Below, piece by piece: positions 24,151-31,483 of a stretch of DNA of 38,478 bases. Made by a program: the position numbers and the translations under genes. Under the pieces are notes generated by a model. That model had not been told where the DNA came from, searched no databases, and was given only the letters and a program-made list of their open reading frames with translations. Each line of letters opens with the position of its first letter. Within the stretch, counting starts at the first letter, position 1. The stretch is from a virus, in IMG/VR virus record IMGVR_UViG_3300045988_088148; one strand, 5' to 3'.

Positions 24151-24450
24151 TAAATACATCCTACGTTCCGGCGCAATCGATGCGATCAAGCGGAACGCTG
24201 GGACTTTGTATACGAGAGAAGCGGAGTTCTTGCTTCAAAAAGTTATTTTTCTGCTCAAAAATGCTCCCGCAGCTGACGTTGCGCCGGTGGTTCAGTGCAG
24301 GGACTATGAATATGTGCGACCAACTGTCAGTGCTAGTACCGGGAACGGGTCGGGATCTGGTGTGCCCTGCACGACATCCTCAACGTAAGCCCGGACGACT
24401 ATTGCAGCCGCGGGTTGCGGAAAGGAGCGAAATGTAATGTTTCAGATTGA
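24143..24450 (+). pseudogene. Paralogue family member 3, apparently frameshifted (-1 between about 24337 and 24386)
   Basis: The frame from 24143 gives ...NAPAADVAPVVQCRDYEY... and stops at 24388. The family-typical C-terminus WCALHDILNVSPDDYCSRGLRK is in the -1 frame, ending at 24450. Confidence 0.4.
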
Positions 24451-24634
24451 GCTTTTATCCGGCGGCGTGTTCTGGGTATACGCCGTCCACACAGCGACAG
24501 ACGATTTTTTGATTTACAAAGACGGCGCTTGGCAGTGGACGCCAATGGATTGGTGCAAGCCGTATTATCCGCCCGCGGAGTCCTATCTCAACAAACAGTT
24601 CATTTCCCCGTTGGAAACTGGAGGCACAAAATGA
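24437..24634 (+). CDS. Hypothetical protein
   Basis: RBS aaaggag. 65 aa. Confidence 0.5.
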   Translation: MFQIELLSGGVFWVYAVHTATDDFLIYKDGAWQWTPMDWCKPYYPPAESYLNKQFISPLETGGTK

Positions 24635-24813
24635 CACGAAAACGATTTGCAAAGCTCTGCATGGGCGTGCTGGGGATGCCCCGCAACGAGGCAAACCACA
24701 TTGCACAGAATCGGAACTCCTACTTTGGCCGGTGGACTTTGTTCAAGATTGGCATTTATCAGGAGTTGGCCGTGCACGCAAGGAGGGGGAAGACGCGCGT
24801 TGAAATACGTTGA
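24631..24813 (+). CDS. Hypothetical protein
   Basis: ATG at 24631 (RBS ggaggc), ATGA overlap. 60 aa. Confidence 0.45.
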   Translation: MTRKRFAKLCMGVLGMPRNEANHIAQNRNSYFGRWTLFKIGIYQELAVHARRGKTRVEIR

Positions 24814-25135
24814 CCAGCTGGACGCGGTTGGGCGGGCGGCGATGGAGATCGGCGTGGAGGCCGGGATGCAGAAAGTCTCCGCCATGTTTCTCGCAGCGCT
24901 CGCGCAGGAGGGCTTCGGCGAAGAGCGGCTTTACCGGCTGGCGTGCCGCGTGTCCGAGTTGGACACGGAATTTGACGGCGCATACGGCTGCGGACCGGAA
25001 GCCGACTGGCTGCAAGAACGGCTGGACGCGATCTTGCGCAAGGCCTGCGGCGCGCACTTTGTCCCCTTCCGCGAACGAAACCCGCATATCAGAGAGTTTA
25101 ACTACAAGGTATCACCCCGGCGCAAGAAAAAATGA
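24800..25135 (+). CDS. Hypothetical protein
   Basis: TTG at 24800 after RBS aggaggggga. Contains a dispersed-motif variant. Confidence 0.5.
   Translation: MKYVDQLDAVGRAAMEIGVEAGMQKVSAMFLAALAQEGFGEERLYRLACRVSELDTEFDGAYGCGPEADWLQERLDAILRKACGAHFVPFRERNPHIREFNYKVSPRRKKK
24950..24966. repeat. Dispersed motif variant GTGTCCGAGTTGGACAC
   Basis: In frame as GTG TCC GAG TTG GAC ACG (VSELDT). Confidence 0.75.
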
Positions 25136-25199
25136 TCTGGACTTGTGGCGCGGCCTGCTGCCATGACGGGCTGCGCGGGGAACGCCGGGAAGATATAAG

Positions 25200-25219
25200 G
25201 GGCTCGGGCTCCCGAGCCC
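25200..25219. repeat. GC-rich perfect hairpin GGGCTCGGG-CT-CCCGAGCCC upstream of the HUH Rep gene
   Basis: Read directly. No T-tract follows, so it is not a terminator. Confidence 0.6.
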
Positions 25220-25251
25220 AGACGATAACAGAATAAGGAGGCTATAAGCAA

Positions 25252-25968
25252 GTGAGCTATCTTGTATCCATGAAAACATCCGTCTTATGCCGCGAGTGCG
25301 TATTCACAGAGCCGCTGGCCAAACGACGAGGCAGAGCGCCGAAGAGCCTGCCGCAGACAACCATCCGCGAAAAGCTCAACATTCGCCACGCCTACGAACG
25401 GCTCGCGTTTCTGATCGCTGCAAACTTTACGTATTCGGACTGGCTGCTCACGCTCACCTACGACGAGGCGCACAAGCCGCCGAACACATTCGCCGCACAG
25501 AAGCGGGTGAAGCTTTTTAACCGCCAGCTGCGCGAGAGCCGCAAAGCCTTTGGCCGGCCCTACAAATATCTATACACCACCGAAGGCCGGCACGGAGACA
25601 AGCGTCTGCACCACCACATCATACTCAATCACTATCCCGGCGAGACGGAAGTGCTCCGCAAGCTCTGGCTGGATGGAGATATCAACTGGGAGCCCGTCGG
25701 CAAGCTCGGCTTTGTAGGATTGGCAAAGTATTTGACCAAGGAGCCGATGCAGCACGGGCGGGAATATGTGGGCGACCGATTGTGGACGCCATCCCGGAAC
25801 CTTGAAAAGCCACGCATCACTGTCGAAAAAGTCCCGGACAACTACCGGCCTGTGCCACCGAAAGAGGCCTTTGACGTAGAGCCCGAGGCGAAGGAAAACA
25901 AGTTCGGCAGCTATTATTATGTGGATTATAAGCTTCCATGGCGAAACAGGGAAAAGCGAAAGGCGTAA
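25252..25968 (+). CDS. HUH-superfamily rolling-circle replication initiator (Rep)
   Basis: Motif 1 WLLTLTYDE, motif 2 RLHHHIILN (HUH), motif 3 LAKYLTKE (catalytic Tyr). GTG start after aaggagg. Confidence 0.7.
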   Translation: MSYLVSMKTSVLCRECVFTEPLAKRRGRAPKSLPQTTIREKLNIRHAYERLAFLIAANFTYSDWLLTLTYDEAHKPPNTFAAQKRVKLFNRQLRESRKAFGRPYKYLYTTEGRHGDKRLHHHIILNHYPGETEVLRKLWLDGDINWEPVGKLGFVGLAKYLTKEPMQHGREYVGDRLWTPSRNLEKPRITVEKVPDNYRPVPPKEAFDVEPEAKENKFGSYYYVDYKLPWRNREKRKA

Positions 25969-26020
25969 GCCTTTAATAACTTGGGTCTTTACTATATCTT
26001 ACGAGAGGAGCGAACTTTTT

Positions 26021-26248
26021 TTGCAAAAACAGTTGCATACCGGGCAGCCTTGTGCTAAACTTGATTTACAGGGAAACAAGATCGTTTGTCCGAAATGCGG
26101 GCACGCGACGCAGGTCAAGATCTTACCGACGACCGCGCTTGTCGATTTCCCTCTGTACTGCAAGCATTGCAGGCGCGAAACGATCGTGAATATGAGCCAG
26201 AACCAGAGCCAGTGCCGTCAGGCCAGAGCCAGAGTCAGCGCCGATTGA
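26021..26248 (+). CDS. Cysteine-rich KTR-type zinc-ribbon protein
   Basis: Has KIVCPKCGHATQVKILPTTALVDFPLYCKHCRRETIVN. Probable TTG start at 26021. Confidence 0.5.
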   Translation: MQKQLHTGQPCAKLDLQGNKIVCPKCGHATQVKILPTTALVDFPLYCKHCRRETIVNMSQNQSQCRQARARVSAD

Positions 26249-26314
26249 TATCTCACAGTGTGGGAGTCGATCGGCGTTTTTGTTTTACATCCGAGGTGAT
26301 AGCCGGACGGCAAG

Positions 26315-26353
26315 ATGCCGAGTCTCCCATGCTGGGAGGCTCGGCATTTTTTA
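26315..26353 (+). terminator. Strong intrinsic terminator
   Basis: 15-bp stem ATGCCGAGTCTCCCA / TGGGAGGCTCGGCAT with a 3-nt loop, followed by TTTTTTATT. Confidence 0.75.
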
Positions 26354-26359
26354 TTGCCC

Positions 26360-26650
26360 ATGGATTACACAAGCAAACGTTGGAAACACTTACGCACTCG
26401 CGTCCTTCGCGAGCAGCCGCTTTGCCAGGAGGCGCTGCGGTACGGCAGGCGGGAGCCTGCGACGGTCGTACACCACGTCTACCCGGCAGAGGACTTCCCC
26501 GGCTGGCGCTTTTGCCGCTGGAACCTGATCGCAGTCAGCCAAGACGCGCACAACAGCTTTCACGACCGCGCGACCGGAAAGCTCACCGAGCGCGGCCTCG
26601 CGTGGCAGCGAAGAGTATCCCCCCCTCAAAACGCGCCGCCGCCGTTCTGA
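26360..26650 (+). CDS. HNH endonuclease (packaging-associated)
   Basis: ATG at 26360. Has YTSKRWKHLRTRVLREQPLCQE...VVHHVYP...NLIAVSQDAHNSFH. Sits next to the terminase, as in HK97-like cos phages. Confidence 0.8.
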   Translation: MDYTSKRWKHLRTRVLREQPLCQEALRYGRREPATVVHHVYPAEDFPGWRFCRWNLIAVSQDAHNSFHDRATGKLTERGLAWQRRVSPPQNAPPPF

Positions 26651-26942
26651 GGGAAGCACCGGAGTGGGGCCCTCTTTCCGACGGCGGGAAAATCTCGGGA
26701 GGGGGTTCAGCCGAGACCGCCATGCGCGCACAGGCGCGAAAATCTCGAATCGCGCGGCGCGGGCGCAAACGACGCGGGCGCGCAAAGACACGCAGCATCT
26801 GAGGCTCTGCCGGGCGCAGTTCATCTCGGCGGCATTGGGAACCACCGCCGGTGCCCGGAGTCATCTCATCATCCTCCTTTTTTGACTGGACGCGGCGTTC
26901 GCGCGCTGCGTCTGGCAGAGTCTCAGAGAAAGGATTATCCAC
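26651..26942. other. Non-coding gap, candidate cos / terminase-recognition region
   Basis: No credible ORF. Direct repeat GAAAATCTCG at 26687-26696 and 26737-26746. Very GC-rich tracts. Location is HNH | gap | terminase. Confidence 0.35.
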
Positions 26943-29066
26943 ATGGCGCGAGAGGACATGATCCGGCAGGACATGCAGCTTGTCGGCACGTACAACGCAA
27001 TATTTGAGCCGACGATCAAGCAGCTGGCCAAGACGGAGCGTGAGCTCTCCCGCGCCGAGAAAGAGTGGAAGAAGCAGGGCGGGCAGCGCATCTGTACGAT
27101 GGTCAACAAGACCGGCGCGGAGTACACGGCCAAGAGCCCGTACTGGACAGCGGTCGAGGATCTGCGCGCGACGGTGCAGGGCCTGCGCAACCAGCTCGGC
27201 CTCACGCCGACGGGCCTCAACAAGGCAAGAGCCAAGAGCGTCCCGATGGGCGGCACGAGCAAACTTGAGCAGCTGCTCTCCGAGGCCAAGAGTCACGCGG
27301 AAGAGCACGCCGCGCAGTACCAGCGCGAGGTCGACGGCTTTGTCGAGGCGACGCTCTCCGGAGAAAACGGGCTCTGCGAGGACGCGGTGCTTGCCTGTAA
27401 ACGCTACGTGTCAGACTTGGACACCGGCAAATGGGAGTTTCGGACGGAGCCTGCCAACGAGATCATCGCCATCATCGAGACGATGATCTGCCACCAGCAG
27501 GGCGAGTTCCTGGACGCGACGCCCCTGCGCGGCACGCCGTTCCTGCTCCTGCCGTACCACAAGTTCATCGTCTACAACATCATAGGATTTTATATTCCCG
27601 GCACGAAGATCCGGCGCTTCAAGGAAGCCGTGGACTTCATCCCGCGAAAAAACGTCAAGACGACGTTTGCGGCCGCGCTAGCCTTTGCCCTGGCGCTGTA
27701 CGAAAGAGCGTCCGGCTCGAAGGTCTATGAGGTGGGCGGCGCGCTAAAGCAGGCACTCGAGGGCTTTGACTTTTTGAAGTACAACTGCACGCGCTTGGGC
27801 GTGACCGTCAAGGATGAGCCGGAGACGGGCCTGCGGATCATCGACAACAACATGGAGCGGTCGATCTCCGGCGATGTCGGCGACGGCATGATCTCCATCA
27901 ACGCTCTGGCCGCGAACCCCGACAAGCAGGACTCCTTTAACTGCAACATCGTCATCGCCGACGAAGCGCACACCTATAAGAGCCCGCAGCAGTACCAGAT
28001 TCTCAAGGACGCGACAAAAGCCTACACCAATAAGCTCGTCATTATCATCTCGTCCAACGGCCCCAACGCGCGCGGCTTCCTGCTCGGCCATCTGGGGCTC
28101 TGCCGGAAGATTTTGCGCGGCACGGTCACGGGCGACTACGCGGACACGATCTTCTGCTTTTTGTGCTCCGCGCCGACGATGGACAACGGCGACGTTGACC
28201 TGCACGACCCCGCGGTCCTCAAAGCAGCGAGCCCCGGCTGGGGCTACTCCATCCGGCCACAGGACATGATCAACGACGCGGCCATCGCGGCCGAGAACCC
28301 GATGCTCCGGCCGGAATTCCTCAACAAGAGCCTCAACGTCACGACGAACGCCGTCGAGGCGTGGTTCGATATTCAGGAGTTCCGAAAGTCCGACGAAAAG
28401 TATAACTGGACAATCGAAGAGCTCGCGAAGCTTCCCATCCGCTGGTACGGCGGCGCTGACCTGTCCAAAATGCACGACTTAACCGCCTGCTGCCTCTTCG
28501 GGCACTACAAGGGCGTGGACATCATTATCCCGCACTGCTGGTTCCCGCGGCCGGCTGCCGTGGTCAAAGCGACGCAAGACCAGATACCGCTCTTTGGCTG
28601 GCAGGAAGACGGCTGGCTCGACATGACGAATGACAAGGTCACAAACCACTCGGACGTTGTCCGCTGGTTCAAAAAGCGGCGCGCCGAAGGCTTCAAAATC
28701 CGCCGCGTCGGCCACGACCCCAAGTTCTGCCGCGAGTATTTTGTCGAGATGCAGAAAGAGCGCTTCCCGATCAAAGCGCAGATCCAGCGGTTCACCCTCA
28801 AATCTGAGGGATTCCGTTATTTGGAAAAGAGCGCGAAGCAGGGCACGCTCTATTACCTGCACGCCGAGCCCTATGAGTACTGCGTGCAGAACGTCGCGGG
28901 CATTGAAAAGGCCGACGATATGGTGATGTACGAAAAAATCGCTCCAAACCTGCGCATTGACGTCTTTGACTGCTCGGTCTTTGCCGCGTGCGCATATCTG
29001 GAGGATCTGACCGCCAGCGCCAAGGGCGCGGGCTGGTATGAAACCCGGGAGGAGACAAGCCCGTGA
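26943..29066 (+). CDS. Terminase: P27-type small-subunit-like N-terminal domain fused to the large subunit
   Basis: Residues about 1-100 end in the TerS-P27 signature LRNQLGLTPTGLNKARAK. The rest is TerL-like (ACKRYVSDLDTGKWEF..., HQQGEFLDATPLRGTPFLLLPYHKFIVYNIIGF, IPRKNVKTT, nuclease part). 707 aa. No separate terS ORF upstream. Confidence 0.85.
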   Translation: MAREDMIRQDMQLVGTYNAIFEPTIKQLAKTERELSRAEKEWKKQGGQRICTMVNKTGAEYTAKSPYWTAVEDLRATVQGLRNQLGLTPTGLNKARAKSVPMGGTSKLEQLLSEAKSHAEEHAAQYQREVDGFVEATLSGENGLCEDAVLACKRYVSDLDTGKWEFRTEPANEIIAIIETMICHQQGEFLDATPLRGTPFLLLPYHKFIVYNIIGFYIPGTKIRRFKEAVDFIPRKNVKTTFAAALAFALALYERASGSKVYEVGGALKQALEGFDFLKYNCTRLGVTVKDEPETGLRIIDNNMERSISGDVGDGMISINALAANPDKQDSFNCNIVIADEAHTYKSPQQYQILKDATKAYTNKLVIIISSNGPNARGFLLGHLGLCRKILRGTVTGDYADTIFCFLCSAPTMDNGDVDLHDPAVLKAASPGWGYSIRPQDMINDAAIAAENPMLRPEFLNKSLNVTTNAVEAWFDIQEFRKSDEKYNWTIEELAKLPIRWYGGADLSKMHDLTACCLFGHYKGVDIIIPHCWFPRPAAVVKATQDQIPLFGWQEDGWLDMTNDKVTNHSDVVRWFKKRRAEGFKIRRVGHDPKFCREYFVEMQKERFPIKAQIQRFTLKSEGFRYLEKSAKQGTLYYLHAEPYEYCVQNVAGIEKADDMVMYEKIAPNLRIDVFDCSVFAACAYLEDLTASAKGAGWYETREETSP
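27408..27424 (+). repeat. Dispersed motif copy (exact, then CGG)
   Basis: Inside the terminase gene, encoding VSDLDT. Confidence 0.9.
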
Positions 29067-29725
29067 ACGTCGCATACAACATGGACTGCATGGAGTACAT
29101 GCGCACGCTCCCTGACAAGGCGTTTGACCTCGCCGTTGTCGACCCGCCATATGGGATTGGCATGGATGGCGGCATAATCGGCGGCAGCGTACTCGCAAAA
29201 AATGAATCTTACCTTCAGAAAGCATGGGACTCCGCCCCTGCCCCCCCTGAATATTTCGTAGAGCTTAGCCGCATATCCCGCAACCAAATCATATGGGGCG
29301 CGAATCATTTTATCAACAATCTCCCCGTCAAAAACTCCCCGTGCTGGCTTGTGTGGGATAAACAAAATGGGTGCAACAATTTTGCGGATTGTGAGCTTGC
29401 GTGGACATCGTTTTCTGGCGCAATCCGAAAATTTGAATTCCGCTGGCAAGGGATGCTGCAAGGCAATATGAGAAACAAAGAGTACCGCATCCACCCAACG
29501 CAGAAGCCGGTTGCCCTCTATGCTTGGATTTTTGCCAGATACGCAAAGCCGGGCGACAGAATCCTTGATACGCACCTTGGTAGCGGCTCAAGTCGGATTG
29601 CGGCATATGACGCGGGGCTTGATTTCGTGGGGTGCGAGCTGGACGCAGACTATTTTGCCGCGGAAGAAGACCGTTTTGAACGATACACAGCGCAGCTGTC
29701 GCTGTTTGGAGGTGATGCCACTTGA
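29063..29725 (+). CDS. DNA N4/N6 methyltransferase (beta-class, DPPY)
   Basis: Has VVDPPYG near the N-terminus, HPTQKP, and C-terminal LDTHLGSGSS (AdoMet motif). Confidence 0.85.
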   Translation: MNVAYNMDCMEYMRTLPDKAFDLAVVDPPYGIGMDGGIIGGSVLAKNESYLQKAWDSAPAPPEYFVELSRISRNQIIWGANHFINNLPVKNSPCWLVWDKQNGCNNFADCELAWTSFSGAIRKFEFRWQGMLQGNMRNKEYRIHPTQKPVALYAWIFARYAKPGDRILDTHLGSGSSRIAAYDAGLDFVGCELDADYFAAEEDRFERYTAQLSLFGGDAT

Positions 29726-30912
29726 AAGTAAAAGTGCAGCGCAGATCCGCGCAGGACGACGCGCTGCGAAAATTTGTGATCGGCGCGGTCGACCAGGACA
29801 CGCTTGGCGTGCCGGGATATTGCAGGCTCGCTGACAGCCCGGACGTGCTGGCCGCGATCGGCGGGCTGGCCGACATCGTATCGAACGCGACCATTCAGCT
29901 CATGCAGAATACGCCGGACGGCGACGTGCGCGTGCGGAACGCGCTTTCCCGGTTTATGGATATTTCGCCATGGAGCTTCGGCACGCGCAAGGATTTGATT
30001 TCTGCCATCGTCTGGGCGATGCTCACGAGCGCCAGCGGCACAGCCTTCTTCCTGCCGGTCACGCGGGACGGGCTGCTTCGCGACCTTATTCCCATGCCGG
30101 GCGCGCAGGCGATGAGCCCGGACGAAGGTCAGACGGTATACATCAGCTGGCGCGGCCAGCAGTACGACCCCGAGACCGTCCTCCAGTTCCGGCGCTGGGT
30201 CGACCCCGACCACCCGTGGCAGGGGCTCGGGCTCCGGATGAGCCTGCTTGACGTTGTCAACTCGCTCCGGCAGGAGCAGGCGACAAAGAAGGGGTTCATG
30301 AGCGACAAGTGGAAGCCGAGCGTCATCGTGAAGGTTGACGCGCTCGCCGATGAATTTTCCGACCCGGCAGGCCGCCGCCGTCTGATCGACGACTACATCA
30401 CGGGTTCGAGCGCGGGTGAACCGTGGATCGTCCCGGCTGACCTCATGGACGTGCAGCAGGTCAAGCCGCTGAGTCTCTCGGACTTGGCCATCAAAGACGG
30501 TGTGGAGCTCGACAAAAAGGCCGTGGCCGCGCTCGTCGGCGTGACCCCTTTCATGCTGGGCGTGGGCACATACTCGGACAGCGAGTACAACCACATGATC
30601 AAGACGACCGCCACGACGATTGCAAACATCATTTGCCAGGAGTTGACGCGCAAGCTCCTCTACGCGACAGACCTCTATTTTACGATGTCGACGCGCAGGC
30701 TCTACAGCTACAGCACAAAGGAGCTTGCGGACGTAGCATCCAACCTCTACGTGCGCGGCCTCATGACCGGCAACGAGGTGCGCGACTGGGTCGGCCTCAG
30801 CCCGAAGGAAGGGCTGAACGAGCTCGTCATTTTGGAAAACTACATCCCGCGCGACATGATCGCAGACCAGAAAAAACTCACACAAGGAGGTGGAGACGGT
30901 GGAACCGAATAG
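29722..30912 (+). CDS. Portal protein (HK97 family)
   Basis: 396 aa. Position is terL-(MTase)-portal-protease-capsid. The TTG start is uncertain. Confidence 0.85.
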   Translation: MKVKVQRRSAQDDALRKFVIGAVDQDTLGVPGYCRLADSPDVLAAIGGLADIVSNATIQLMQNTPDGDVRVRNALSRFMDISPWSFGTRKDLISAIVWAMLTSASGTAFFLPVTRDGLLRDLIPMPGAQAMSPDEGQTVYISWRGQQYDPETVLQFRRWVDPDHPWQGLGLRMSLLDVVNSLRQEQATKKGFMSDKWKPSVIVKVDALADEFSDPAGRRRLIDDYITGSSAGEPWIVPADLMDVQQVKPLSLSDLAIKDGVELDKKAVAALVGVTPFMLGVGTYSDSEYNHMIKTTATTIANIICQELTRKLLYATDLYFTMSTRRLYSYSTKELADVASNLYVRGLMTGNEVRDWVGLSPKEGLNELVILENYIPRDMIADQKKLTQGGGDGGTE

Positions 30913-31483
30913 ACAGCAGCGCCAGGTGCGCTGCATCCCGCAGGCGTTTCAGACGCGCGAGGCTGGAGATGACCTCTACATCGATGGTTATTTCGCGGTA
31001 TTTAACGAGGAGTATCAGCTATGGGACGACGTGAGCGAGATCATCAAGCCCGGCGCTTTCACAAATTCGATCTCAGGCGACATTCGAGCTCTCATCAACC
31101 ACGACACGAGCTTAGTTCTCGGCCGGACGAAATCCGGCACGCTGACGCTCAAGCAGGATGAGCGCGGGCTCTGGGGCAGCGTCCGTATCAACCGCGACGA
31201 CGTAGACGCGATGAACTTGTACGCTAGAGTCCAGCGCGGAGACGTCGACCAGTGCTCTTTTGGCTTTGCCATCAAGAGTGAGACCTTCCGTGACCTCGGA
31301 AACGGAAAGTACCGTTGGGAGATCGAAGAGGTCGACCCGCTGTACGAGGTCAGCGTCTGCACCTTCCCGGCTTACGAGCAGACCTCGGTCAGCGCCCGGA
31401 AACGGGATTTTGAGGAAATCGAAAAGCGCCGCCTGGAAACGTGGCGCGCAGAAATGAACAAGAAGTTAGGAGGAAACCCGTAA
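30899..31483 (+). CDS. Prohead maturation protease (HK97 family)
   Basis: GTG at 30899, 8 nt after aaggagg (the ORF track starts at 30890). Has YIDGYFAVFN...IKPGAFTNSI...LINHD...VLGR...CSFGF. Confidence 0.85.
   Translation: MEPNRQQRQVRCIPQAFQTREAGDDLYIDGYFAVFNEEYQLWDDVSEIIKPGAFTNSISGDIRALINHDTSLVLGRTKSGTLTLKQDERGLWGSVRINRDDVDAMNLYARVQRGDVDQCSFGFAIKSETFRDLGNGKYRWEIEEVDPLYEVSVCTFPAYEQTSVSARKRDFEEIEKRRLETWRAEMNKKLGGNP

Noticed and set aside
26664-26885. Small ORFs in the HNH-terminase gap as a candidate small terminase (also the minus-strand RBS-like aaggagg near 26870)
   Set aside because: The translations are Arg-rich and low-complexity with no TerS features. The TerS-like domain is instead found at the N-terminus of 26943..29066.
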